Positions 1 to 13,075 of a stretch of DNA of 64,000 nt are shown here, piece after piece. Every line of letters begins with the position of its first letter. Position 1 is the stretch's first letter. Position numbers and translations under genes: made by a program. The stretch covers positions 4,139,092 through 4,203,091 of the forward strand of contig OZ199839.1 of NCBI GenBank assembly GCA_964304625.1. Reading direction: 5' to 3'. The notes under the pieces were generated by a model, which was not told the DNA's origin, searched no databases, and saw only the letters and a program-made list of their open reading frames with translations. The DNA comes from Kudoa neothunni (Eukaryota; Animalia; Cnidaria).

Positions 1-1697
1 GATTAAGAGAGATGAACCAGGGTGCAAGGGTAGTAAAAGATCTTGTTTCACCTTTTTACGGTACATGTCGAGGAGTTACAGTCGACAACTTCTTTACGTC
101 TATTCCACTCGCCCAGGAACTAATTTTCAAATAGAATAGCTTTGACTGGAACTGTCCGACCCAACAAACGCGAGATTCCTCAAGAATTCCTCAAAAATCC
201 TAGGCGTGAGGTTTTCTCGTCAACTTTTGGATTTCATGGAGACCTCACTTTGGTCTCATATGTCCCCAAAAAAATTACGCTGTGAACTTTCTCTCAACCG
301 AACATAACGATTGTTCTATTGAAAATGAGGAGAGAAAACGACCTAGTGTAATTATTCATTACAATAAAACAAAAGGCGATGTTGATATGGCGGACAAAAT
401 GACTGTCCATTATTCCTGTTCAAAACCAACACGCAGATGGCCAATGAAAATTTGTATGGATCTGCTAGACATTGCAGTTTTAAACTAATATCTTATTTAC
501 CAAAAAATATCCTGAATGGCAAAAAAATAATAAAAGCAAGAGACTACTTTATTAGAGAGTTATCCATTGATTTGGCTAGAGAAAATGTTTCTCGTCGCCA
601 AACAAATTCTGAAAGATTGCCAAGTTACATAAAGTATGGTTTGGGCCTTTTTGACGATAATAATAATAATAATAATCATAAATCAATAAACTCAAATTTA
701 CCACAATTACTAAATAGAAAAAGATGTTCCTTGTGCCCAAGAAATGTCGACAAGAAAACAAAGCTAACGTGTTTTCAATTGTCGAAAATTCGTGTGTGCA
801 AAGCATAGAGCCCAAAAAAATATTATTATACGTTACTGAATGCAACAAATAGCTTCTTTTTGAACAATGATATTATAGATCTTACTCAATGTAACTATTT
901 AAGCGCCATTTATGACACGCTGATTCTATTGCATCTTCGGTTCTGTATTACTTTTGGAACGAAAAACTATAATTTAGTGGGAAAATTAAATTATTTAACG
1001 TCTAGCATTATATCTTGTTTCAAAAAAAGGATCATTTTATTTTTATGCAGTTCTACTACATACGGATTATTTCTTAACTGTTTGAAGTAATATTTTGTGG
1101 TATAATTATTTTGTTTTTCTTTATTCTAAAAATAAAACTGTTAATTAACATTCAACATTCAAACGAAGGATAACAACAATTGGAGAAAACGAAGAATGCA
1201 GCTTAAACATGCAGTATAGTTAAAATTTGTATATTTTTATGAATTCATCAGTGAAACGCTTAGTAGTAAGGTTAATTAGAAAATATCGAATTTGGGTTAC
1301 ATAATCTCCGTTAAACCGAAAGTAAACGAATGTTTGTGCTTCCCGTGGTGATATTGCCGGTTTTGGTGATAACATTAAATATCCATTTTTCAGCAGTAAC
1401 ATATTATATCTAATTTAACTGCTATATATTCTTTTTAATGGTTAATTTGTTTTAATTTTAATGCACATAACTTTGCTTGGTTACATGATGCCTTAACTCA
1501 TAAATATTCTCATTTCCTACCCCACATAAGCTAAAAGCTTCCTTAAATGGTTCATTGCTGAATTTAACCATGTTGAAAATGTCATATAATTTATGTTTTG
1601 AAAAATGAAAAATTAATTAAGGTAAGTTTATACTGGGATCACTCAGTGACCCCACCTCGGACAGGGCGTGATTTTTTCTGAGTCCGTACAGGGAAGG
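1..1697 (+). mobile_element. Decayed piggyBac (PGBD4-like) transposon, 5' part outside the window
   Basis: Frameshifted transposase pieces GARVVKDLVSPFYGTCRGVTVDNFFTSIPLAQEL, YNKTKGDVDMADKM..TRRWPM and C-terminal Cys-rich RKRCSLCPRNVDKKTKLTC. Right terminus ...GGGAAGG followed by TTAA (1698-1701), with subterminal palindrome GATCACTCAGTGACC. Confidence 0.93.
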
Positions 1698-2896
1698 TTA
1701 AACATTTTTACCTCATCAAATCATCAAACCACAAATTCTGATAAACTGATACATTGTTATCTTTTCCAACTTTATCATGCTTTTATTTCTAAATATCCCC
1801 AAATTTAAAAAAATTCACCTTACTATTTAATTCCGCAATAGCATATACTGTAAAATGTCTAATGACGACTATTGTTGCGCTTTTAAATGTGTACTTGATT
1901 AGCTTTCAATTATTTCGAGCATAGTTTAGAAAATTCAATCGCTGAATTTAAATTTTACCCTCATTTTCAATAAAGAAATTTAATCTAAGTGGTTTGTCCG
2001 AAAAAGTGCGTACTATCGTTTAATCACGTGATATGCCAAATTGGTAACTTCCTAGTTCAATTAAAAATATTTTGAAGACTATTACTTTTTTACAATCACC
2101 AAAATATTATGAAATGCTTCACCTAATATAAACTTTGAATACATTGTATTAATGAGAGTGCGTACTATTGTACCCTACTGTAGTTGTTATATTTCAAGTC
2201 GAAATAAATATTTAGCAATCAATTTCGCTATTTATTGAATAAACTCTAAATAAACAATTAAAATATATGTATTTTTGAAATTATAATTACAAATTAATAA
2301 ATTATTAAAAAAACAAGGATTTAGGAACTCCAGGTCAACTCTAAATGATTTGGCTAAAAAATATAGGGCTACTAATTCACCCGAAAAGATTATCAGAGGA
2401 AATATGAGAAACGCTCCAAACAAGACGACTGAACATAATCTAAAAGGTTATTTTCAGCATTTGGAGGACATTCTTTGGTAGATGTATTTTTCTTATGGAT
2501 ATCAACCGTAATTATTTTAAAATAATATGTACATTTGGTACTTATACATATAAACTTATCTTTATCTATCTAGCGCTATTAAATAAATAGAAAAAATAGG
2601 CATTATCCCACAAGCCAAGGTATTCCGATTTTGATCGCAACAAGTCCTGTAGTATCTTTTGTAATCCACAGAATTTTAAATAAATATTTAGGAATTAAAG
2701 AGTTTTATCATTTTAAATCTTATTAATTTAAATATACAAGCATAATTGCCACCAGAGAAACCAATACAGTTTAAAATATTTTCCTCATGATAATATAAAA
2801 TTTTAGAGATGTGTATTTACACATTAATGAAGATATAAAAATCAGTAGAATTATTGTTTGATGAGATCGTTGCCATTGCGAAGGGAACGTGAAGAG

Positions 2897-3982
2897 CTAG
2901 AGCGGACGCTTACTGGTGAATTCGATCCCGGGTGAATGACTATTATTGTCGCTGTGATTTGAGGACAGGGAAAGGTTGCTCGAGTCATCTTCCATAATGT
3001 TAGGAATAGGAGGTGTCAAAAAGTGTATAGGTTTCGAGAAGGAATTCTTACAATTTAGCTCGTTCAACAAAGGTTTATTATATTGATCACTTGCTATAAG
3101 ACATGAAAAACCAAAAGATTAATCAAAAACAGCCATAAATTTAACAAAAATAATTACAACAATCACGTTGATCAGTGGTTTCATTAGAATCAATCTTAAG
3201 TGTGGCATTGGATGATAAATTTTTTTTTTTTAGGTGAAGCAGAATTTCTAACTTCCGACTGAATGCCACAATATTTGTCAATGTCATCATCAAAAGTATC
3301 ATCACTATCATCAGAAATTTCATCGTCCGAATGATCATACACATATCGTTCTTGGTTGAAACGTATAAGTCTGCCAACACATTGGTAACGTTCTGAAAAT
3401 TGGCCGTACCATTCATTCAACTGGGCTACCTACATCAACAAAAACAACAACTATAACACACAAACGACATGAATCCAGCTGAAATAGATTATATTTATGT
3501 AATTACTTCCGAGGAACTTAAGTCAGGCATCAGATCATCTTCTGTTGGTATGGAATCGCATGATATCGTAAATTTTGAAAGCGCTCTACTTGCGTCTCTA
3601 CCTGCAAACGCAAAATAATGGCCCCCTTTTTCAGCAAGCCAATCAACAACGTTGTATTTAAAAATTAAATTAAAACATTACCTGGACCGTACAAATGACG
3701 ATCAACTGTAACATCAAATATGAAACCGTTAACAGCCACAAAAATCACATAATTGGTTTCTGCATGTTTTCCGTCGTAGTTTCTCAATTCATGAATACTT
3801 AAATCTTGTCGTTTGTATCCTTTCAATTTGTGGTTAGGATCTTTGTCGGACAATTTGATTTTGGCGTCTGGGTTCGGCGTTGTGTAGGTCAAATATTTGA
3901 AAATCGCATAGCTGAACAACAGTAACACCAATGTTATTGCCAACATTGGAAGAACAGTTGGTGAAAGCAACAGATTAACCAT
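2897..3982 (-). CDS. Membrane-associated progesterone receptor (PGRMC/MAPR family, cytochrome b5-like heme/steroid-binding domain), 3-4 exons
   Basis: Exons 3982-3682, 3625-3507, 3429-(3196 stop or 3167 donor) and probable 3093-2897, all GT-AG. N-terminal TM helix, then ELRNYDG..IFVAVNGFIFDVT..LYGPGGHYFAFAGRDASRAL..LNEWYGQFSERYQCVGRL. As written it stops at 3196; the last exon needs a 1-nt shift in the A12 run at 3220-3231. Confidence 0.9.
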
Positions 3983-4387
3983 CCGCAATCTAATTAAGCC
4001 CAGTAACACCTAAAACAATACTTTGTCCCTTCCGCATGCGTGCAGCCTACGAATGGTAAACCGATATCCCTAATTTGTTGCCCTAAAAAATGGATTTTTG
4101 TCTAACAAAATAGATACCTTTTATTTCTAGATTATTAATCGGGATAATTTGATACTTAAAACAGACTATGTGAACTTTTTATTGTGGAAAAATTGGTATA
4201 TTTGCCAAACATGCATACGAACAAGCTGTTCGTTAATACTTAGATAGATTGATCTTATTATTGGTTAATCAAATAATGACCGGTAAATAACACCGTTCTT
4301 AAATTTCTCCGCCTCACTTTTAAATTATAGTTTAATGCAACCATCTTTATATTGGCTAAAAGATATTTTCGTTAGACGTGAAATATT

Positions 4388-4390
<3 letters not shown>

Positions 4391-4423
<33 letters not shown>
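4391..4423. repeat. (AT)n microsatellite
   Basis: About 16 AT units read directly. Confidence 0.95.
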
Positions 4424-4428
<5 letters not shown>

Positions 4429-5268
4429 CGTATTGATAGTTATTTTGAACCTTATTGTAATTTTTGGTCTAATCAACACTGGCCTTAGACGAATTTATAT
4501 TGATTATTGAATTCGGGCGTTGTTAATTTAGTCGGTCCAAAACAGTATTATACTTCTGTAAGTCTCCGATGATACTCTTAGAAGTCCCATAGGCATAGAA
4601 GAACCTGATTTTTATTTTTTTTTCTCAAAGCTATGAAATCATATCGCTAATTTTTTTTGAAATAAGCACCATCTGCCGAATTAATATAGTTACAAAATAT
4701 ATTTAATAAGACCAGAAAACTAATCTCTAAGCTCTGCGGAAATGATTTAGAACAAAATCTTAAAAAATATGCGTCTTTTCAAATATAGCAATTCTTACTT
4801 GATTACATGCTAGAATTAGAATGTATTCATTAGAATTGAAAAATTATGAGCTTTTTGTTCTCATTCTATTACTCATCATTCAATTATTTGGTATAAACCT
4901 ACATAGAATTAGGTGTTAAGTTTATGTTTGTTTACAAACTATAAACATAAGCGCTCATAGTTGATCACTGCCATATGACGACGTTTATTTTGTTTTCTGC
5001 AATTAATTATCCCAATTTAAGTTTAATTTGCATTATTCTATTTTAGGTTCTGGAATCTCCTATAGCGATTGCAATAATTTTTGTCTTAAAATTTGTATAT
5101 ATATTGAAGTTGCCTTAACTTAACATTCGATTGAATGATTCTGCGACTTACCGCACATAAATGAATCACGCTGAAAAATCTACAAGGGCATTCCTTTGCA
5201 GTCCAACAGCCAGACACGTACGATGGCCAATTGCTCTGGGTATGCAGCGAAGGGATTATAATATAGAG

Positions 5269-7582
5269 CAGTGGTTCTTAACTTGGGTTCGGTCGAGGAT
5301 TCTGATAGGTTCGATGAAAAAATTCCAATTATTAGATCAAATCTAGGATTAATATTCTTTATAGTTTTAATATTTTAAATAAACCTTCTACTGGTTGTAT
5401 TTATAATCCTAATTAGAAGCTTTATTAAAAAGATAATAGTGATAAATTAAAAAATTGTCGATAATTTAATTACAATTATGATTTGAGCGTTTGAAATTCT
5501 TTTCGATTTATCTGATTAGTACAATCACGTTAACGAGTTACAGAGTCTATTGCGTGGCAGTGTTATTTGCTTGCTAGTTTTGTGAGGGTTACTGGAAATA
5601 ATTATTGGCTCTTTGAATGTTTAACAAAAAAAGAAAGTGGTCAAATGAATTTGTACAGTTCGGGTTTATCTATGTTATGGAACTTAGTGGTATTCAGCGA
5701 CCTCTTTGCATGATATGTCACTCGAAGTTAAGTAATTCTGGTTCGGTACCAGCAAAACTAAAGGAGAATTTCACAGATGTCCATGAACATTCTGTATATA
5801 GGAATATGACTCTTTCCGAGCTTGAAGCAAAGAGAGAAAGGTATGATGAAAGAACCACGTTGCAAAATTTTGGATTTGTTAATATTGATAAGCCTATCTT
5901 AACAGCAACATATGAAGTTTCATATCTCATTGGCAAACAAGGTAAACCTCACAATATTGGTGAAACGCTCGTTAAACCTGCCACGTTGAAGATGGCAAAT
6001 ATTTTATTGGGAAGTATTGCAGAAAAATAATTAGCACAACTTCCTTTGTCAAATGAAACCGCTAAGAAAGAATTGATGATATGAGTAAAGACATTCCGGA
6101 TCAATTAATTTCTAATCTAATTTCAAGCAGAACAAAGTTTAGTTTAGAATTCGACGAAACTACTGATATCTCAAACCTAAGTCAACTGGTTTCGTTTGTT
6201 AGATATTTGAAAAATTGTGTGATAGTTGAAGATTTTATTTTTTCAAACCTTTAACAGCAACTACCAAGGCAGTGGATGTTAAGAAAGTTGTCGATGAGTT
6301 TTTCAAAGACAAAGAACTTTCATGGAATATGGTTTCTTCTATTTGCACTGATGGTTCCCCAGGTGTGCTGGGGCGTAACTCTGGTTTTTGCTCATTTGTG
6401 AAAGCAGATGTACCTCATATTATTGTTACACATTGCATTTTACATAGATATGCATTAGCAACAAAGAATATGCCTCCAAGGCTGGCAGAAGTGTTGAAAA
6501 TCGTTATCGATTGTGGAAATTTTGTGAGACTTAGTGCTTTGAATCATCTAAACTCCAAATATTTGTGCAACGAAATGGATTCTGAATTTTAGATATTTTT
6601 GTTTTATTCAATTGTGAGGTAGCTGTCTCGAGGTAAAGTATTAAATCACGTTTATACCCTGCGAAAGGAAATAGGTTTATTTTTGCTGGAGTGTAACCAA
6701 TGTCATGCTCAATGTTTCAATAATTTAGAAGTTATTCCTCTTTCGGCATACATGGCTGATATTTTTGATTCCATAAATTGTTTGAATCAGCAAATGCAAG
6801 GAAATCGAGTCAACATCATTGAGGCAGAGGAGTATCTTAGTGCATTCCGAATAAAATTATCTTTATACAAACGACGAATAATGGTCGAAATTCCGCAAAC
6901 TTTCCACTTTTAGACGAATTTATAATATTAATGATTGCGATAACAACGATTTGATCATTTTATCTTTCGAATTAAAGGAAATAATTGTTGCACATTTAGA
7001 AGAACTTTCTAACTCACTCGATGGCTGTTTCCCTTCTAAAAATTTATTCCCCGACTGGATGAGGCAGCCATTTAGCTTCGATACTTCAGCTGAGGATACC
7101 AATAATAAATATTTTGATGAATTTATCGAACCTCAACACAACAACATTAAAAAATAACTTTTTGAAAAAGTTTCACCATCAATCTTTTGGATAAATCAAA
7201 TTGAGAAATACCCTACAATTTCGATGAAGGCTTTGGAAGTTTTTATTGCTTTCGTAACAGCTTACCTTTGCGAACAATCATTTTTAAGATTGGTCACCAT
7301 AAAAAATAAGTTAAGAAATAAGCTTTTCTGCGAAAGCGATATGCGAATTGATTTCTCCAACACTTTGCCTCGTATTACGGAATTTGTTGCGAAAAAGAGA
7401 ACAAAAATCGCACTAATTAGCTTTATATTAATTTAATTTTCACATTTTTCAACTTTTATGATGTGCCAAATATTGATTAAATTATAATTCATTTTATTTA
7501 AAAAATTTTATGTTTGGGGGTTCGACGAGGCGTGCTATAGGATAGTAGTGGTTCAGCCATTCCAAAAGGTTAAGAAACACTG
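5269..7582 (+). mobile_element. Full-length decayed hAT transposon, Buster (ZBED5/ZBED8/SCAND3-like) clade
   Basis: TIRs CAGTGGTTCTTAAC / GTTAAGAAACACTG. Perfect 8-bp TSD ATATAGAG (5261-5268, 7583-7590) with central TA. Interrupted transposase 5617-7436: KKRKWSNEFVQFGF, CMICHSKL, GKPHNIGETLVKP, FDETTDIS, ICTDGSPGV, THCILHRYALA, AYLCEQSF. Confidence 0.96.
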
Positions 7583-8029
7583 ATATAGAGGAAAGCGTTT
7601 CTGAAATTTCAACATTTTTCAACATAAAACGGTCGCAGTATATTTTTATCATTAAATACGTAAATAAGGTGAATATTTTAGCTTTAGTATGATTATCTAG
7701 AGAATTAATTGATTTAAAAACAATAAAAATAATTGTTTCAAACAAGACATGAATTAATCAATAAAATTTCATTATATTAAATAAGCGACCTATATTTCAA
7801 AGTTCAAAATTATTTTCGAGATATTTTCACCATAAATCCAATTATTTATAGCCATCATTTGTATGTTAATTAAGATGCTTATTTTTATTTTATCAAGTAA
7901 TTAATTTTAACGCTGTGACCGCGTTGAATAAAATTTAAAAAACTACAACTATATGGGGAAAAAATTTTTCAATATTTCTCGGTTGTTTTTGCCTTTTATT
8001 TTATGAATTTCAATGCTTAAATTCTTCTG

Positions 8030-9200
8030 TGTGTCAAATAGCAAATCAATTCTGGTTTATCCAAACGTTTTCAATAACATTTGGTTATGATAATGTTTGG
8101 CAGATCGCTCATGTTTATTGAAAGCGTTAGTCGAGTTATTCAAATTAGAATATCCTCTTTTCACCCACATATTTTCATTTGTCGCAGAAAATAACAGGCA
8201 GAAGAAAAAAAAGTTTTTTTGTTGTAGTACATCCACACAACCATCCTTTCCTCTTGTACCGTACACTATGAAAGGTACGAGTAATTTTCTCTCCTAACTG
8301 TTGTTTAAACTCATAAAGTTTCGGTGTTGGTCTACACTTTGTTATGATTCTCATCTTTTCCTCATAGGGAAGTTTTGAAAACTGTTTGAGATAATGACTA
8401 TCCATGTTTGAAAGTAACATGATAAAACCAACAAACACTTCAACAGATAATCAAAATAGAGATTATGATTAATTTATTAGCAACTCGGATTTTCTCTGAA
8501 ATATTACCTAATTTTATCATTTCGCAGACACTGATTAAGATTTAAAAATTTGAAAAATAACTAGAATTTTATGTATGAGATATGCCAATCGGCTCCCCCT
8601 ACTGCATGTTGTCACGTGACCACGCGGGTATGCAGAATTTAGTTTACATACCCTGATTAGTACAAAAAATGGAGATGCGAGGAATCTCCACGCACGTGCC
8701 AGTTACGCTCATATACGTGTGTTTAATATAGGAGGCTGTCGTGACCTAAATATTTGAAAAATTCTTCAATTTTATGCATAAAATTTTATTTATATATTTT
8801 TTATAATATGTATATTATAAATTCACAACTGAAAATTCCTTATTCATCTGTATTGGAAGTTGACAAATCAGGCATCGCAAGCTTTCATTTGCCTGTTTTA
8901 CACACTTAGACCCACGAAAATTACTCCATGTCAAGCTATTTTGGATTATTATTGATTCCGGTTTTATTAAATTTGACAAATATTCTACTTATATTGATTG
9001 TAATTTATATATATTCAAACTAATACTGAGATAAATGCAACTCATTTTTCTATTTGCGTGCTTCATTAATACATACATTATTTATTTCTGAATTGGTGTT
9101 ATCCTATTAATTCTCATGTTATACCCTGTAATGCAGGTACGAAAATTTTCCCACCTAACATATTCCAGGTATGCACTGCATACCTGTGCGACACGCATGC
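8030..9200 (-). mobile_element. Truncated hAT remnant encoding a ZMYM1-like TTF-type zinc-finger N-terminus
   Basis: Frameshifted FSKLPYEEKMRII..RPTP..RTFHSVRYKRKGWLCGC..FFCLLF..WVKRGYSNL..KHERSAKH. A GC-richer palindromic end-like sequence (AGGTATGCACTGCATACCT) lies near 9167-9200. Boundaries approximate. Confidence 0.75.
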
Positions 9201-9739
9201 GCATCGATATTTTTTGGAAATGCTTATTCTGCGTTAATCATTATTTTATGCATACTCAAATGAAATAAAATAAATTTTGCCATTATTTCGTCTATTTATG
9301 TATTGATTTAATAATGTTCGAGTGAAATAAATTGTGCGAATCGATAGTCTATTCGCGATCTCAAAAAATTCGAAAGGAATTATGAAATTGCGAATAATAC
9401 AAATAAATGGTAACAACTAACTATTCTTATGCAATAAAAAATTATTTTTATTGTTTCTCATTTGATCGACTCTAAGTATCTCGCTACAAATTCACGTTAT
9501 CTAATTTACAAATATTTTTAAAAAATAAAATTTTTGGTTTCGTCCTCGAATCGATTATAATACTGTGAACCTCCTTTCGGACACCAAAAATGCCTTCAAC
9601 TCGGGTCGAACTTCTTTGCTTTAATAACTTAAATAGATCTACTTAATATTTGAGAGCTTGATTAAATGAAATAGATGGATTCACGATTTCCGATAAATCT
9701 TAATCAGATGTCTTGTTATCATTTGTTTCATTGTTTTTC

Positions 9740-10300
9740 ACACCCTTAATTATTTTTTAGACATACGTTTAAAACATTCTCAGGTGACCACTTTTCAAGA
9801 ACACCATGAAGCTTCCCATTCCATTCTGGGACTGTTCCAATAAGAATGCTCCCAACCTCAGCATGGAACGTAACATATTTTAATTTAACCTGGTCTTTAA
9901 ATACTGTATACCTTCTACAGTTAAAATGATCGTTATAATTGTTGCTTTCCTTTGGAGCGAATCTTCTCACCATTGCAATGGTATTGTCATTGTTAATAAT
10001 ACCACCATTCACTCATGTGTAAAACATCTATTTATAAAATTTGTTATCAACATCACGCATGAGGCCTTATTTAATGTTTATCAAGAATTGATTAAAAGTA
10101 CTAAACTCCCTGATTTTAAAATTACATCTTTTATTAGAATCCCATTAAATATTGACATTCTTTTCAGGTCATACTTATCCACAGTCATTTTTTTAGATTT
10201 CCTAACTCGTGTGCCGGATCATAATATTGAATTATTATATATTTCTCAGAAAAGCTTTTGTAATTTCTTGGTTAGATAATTTTTATTATTTCCGCGATTA
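9740..10300 (-). mobile_element. Tigger/pogo transposase remnant (CENP-B-type HTH region)
   Basis: FKDQVKLKYVTFHAEVGSI..VPEWNGKLHGVLEKWSPENVLN resembles the Tigger motif 'F+.R..i....lhGE..sv..v..W...l..y.p.nifN'. Stops and frameshifts; boundaries approximate. Confidence 0.65.
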
Positions 10301-10858
10301 CTCACGAAGCGCGAAAAGTGTACTTTCAGATACAATTTCCATTACGTAGAATCGCTGTATTACGTGCAAGCAATCTTTTTTATTTATTTTTAGTTATTCT
10401 ATAGTTGAAAGTATTTTCTTTATTAACGTAAAAATTAGGAAATTCAAAGTTCGTTTGACGTCAAAATACTAGCGATTACGTACGAGCACAGTCGCACTGT
10501 ATTTCCTTCAATCATAAATATAAAATTGGAGTAGATTATAGTGCAAAGTGTATTTTCTTAATTGTCAATGTTAACTAAAATAGATATTGTTGTGATTATT
10601 ACATTCAAAATTGTAGATAACAAACTCGAAATGTTGATTAAAAATGATTACAAGTGTAAATTAACATGCTTAGTCTTCCGAGTATCTTTGGGGTCCGTTA
10701 GACCCCAATGGATGTTTGAAGCAATTTTAGTGAATCTTATATTGCATAAGATGATTTAAAATCATATCTATTCTCCTACAAATATTAGTTCTATTAAAAT
10801 ATAACAGAAAATTTAAATTTGTACATTTAGGTAACGAAATAATCAAAATACTTACATA

Positions 10859-12972
10859 TTCCTTCGTTTGGGGTCCAATGGACTCCGTGTTTTTTTTCTA
10901 TCAAACAACAAAGAAAAATAATTTACAACAATTTTGAGATTTAAATAAAATTTTATCTAGAGGAAACAGAGGAAAATTGAAAAAACCATACATACGTTAA
11001 ATACCGATCATTACGGACGGTTAAAACACTGCCATAAGTGGTTCTGGGCGTAATATTTTGGATGAAGTTGTATCCGATATCAATGAATTTTATGATATCT
11101 TTGGATAATTTAGATATATATATATATTATACATGTCATTCTAATGTTTCTGAAGATAATAAACGCTATCGAAACATTTACGAAAATAAGGATAATGTTC
11201 ATTGGTTTTCCGAGAAACTTCAAATAACTAAAAGTTTAAACCGGAATATTTTTCAAAATACCCAGGTTCAATTTCTTATGTTTCAAACAGAGTCACCTTC
11301 TTAGCTGATCATTTCTCATATTTTATGGTGAATCTATTTTCTCAATTGTTATTTCAAACATTAAAACGTTTACCAATTTTAATCATCAGAACTATTTGAA
11401 GACTTTTCAAAGCAAGATTTATTAGCTAATTCGGGAATCGAAAATTGTATTCCCACTTTTAAATCTTAATTAGAATGATTCAATTTGCTTTGGAGTGTTG
11501 GAAAGCGAAAGGATCTTTTTCGAAGGATAATGCCATTAAATAGGTTTAATCAAATTTCGTGGGCCGTTCATTATAAAGAAATCAAAACCAAAGAAGCTTG
11601 AAGAATAATAGATAAATTCTTTCTCATTTGTGATTTTTTAAGAGTTGGAAAGGTTGTCGTTCCCAACATTATTACCTCCAGGTGAGTTTGACCATTGACA
11701 AACAGCTACTTGCTTTTAGGGGAAATTTTTCTTAGGGCAATATGCCGAATTAAGTATTTCCTCCTTACCAATCCTGAGCCGAAGTACACTCATAACTTTT
11801 CTGTGTCTGTGTATTTGAATAAAAATAATGAAACGTCAACAAATGTTGGGGAGATATTGTCCTAGATCATGTGTCATCATTAATGGAAAGTGGGAGAAAT
11901 ATCATTTGTGAAAATTTCTTTATTTCTGTATCCATTTTCCAAACACTGTTACACAGGGAATGACTGGAAAAATCCGAAATAATAAAAGAGATATTACAAA
12001 TTATCTAAAAATGAATGCAAAACGGGAAGCTTCTGTACACTTTTGTCTAATCAAAAACTAATACCAATCTCCTATGTTCCTATAAAAGGTAAAGCAGTTT
12101 TACTACTAACAACCTCCGGTTCATTACAAATGTTGAAGATACAGGCTGAAAAACCTGTTGTTAACCTGGAATATAATCGTTAAAAAGGAGGAATGGAAAC
12201 AGTGGATCATATTATTGTCACAACGAGTGTGTAAAGTAAACGAATCGATGGTCGACAACAGTATTCTTCATGATGGTTAGTATTAACTTGGTTAATTCAT
12301 TTCATCTTTATGACTGTTCTCTATGATCTCAATTGTTCAATAATTAAGTTTCTAGAAGAGATTGAAGATAGTTGGGTGAAGGATTATGTTCAGAGGAATA
12401 AAAATCGCGTTGCTAAGAATTATAATTGCATAATAAAATTTCTTTCTCGCGAGTGATGCTGTTATTGTTCGAGATCTCGAGACAGAAAAGCGAGGATTTT
12501 TTGTTTGTAGAACCATCTGTAATGAAAGCAGTTCTAAAGTTATTTTCGTGATCTTTTTTAGTACAAAAAATCAAAACAAGATAAATATCTCGCATTTCGT
12601 GTATTTTGGAACAATATGTATTGCGGGTATTATTAGGCGTGATCATTAATAAATTAATTACGAAGGAAACAATTTTTAAGATTTATTTAATGCGGAATGA
12701 TATATACTTTTATTAAAATCCATTATATTAAAAAAGAGGCTAAACTCGTTTAATTTAATGCTTAATTTAACCTTTTAAATGTTTCGGTAACTATCGTTAA
12801 CAACCGGCGCTGTTATAATTGTAACGTTTTCCACTATTTTATCGATAGTATTCTCTCATACTTTAGTAAATTATTTATTACGTTTTTATCCATAATTAAC
12901 GCTAATAAAATGTGGGTCCATTGGACTCCAAAAGAAGGAATGTATAAAGTCGATTTTCGGTTGCTAGGAAGG
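10859..12972 (+). mobile_element. Decayed piggyBac transposon
   Basis: Fragments IMPLNRFNQI, LTIDKQLLAFRG, KGGMETVDH, NRWSTTVFF. Right end CTAGGAAGG+TTAA (12973-12976). Internal repeats 10859-10885 and reverse complement of 12914-12940 match 24/27. Left TIR not found. Confidence 0.85.
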
Positions 12973-13075
12973 TTAATTTGAAATAATATGAAAATAATCA
13001 AATAAATTTTAATAATACCATAATTAGTGAAAATTATATTAATAAAATTTAAACTACATCTCTTTAAATTTTTAA

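Noticed and set aside
1990-2180. Repeated AGTGCGTACTAT and a pogo-like end TACCCTACTGTA
   Set aside because: Probably a MITE end, but no partner TIR was found, so it is not delimited as a feature.
9926-10279. 117-aa plus-strand ORF and similar short ORFs (576-848, 28666-28893, 31079-31396, 43054-43302, 55551-55841)
   Set aside because: These are antisense or off-frame shadows of TE remnants or real exons, or have no recognisable motifs.
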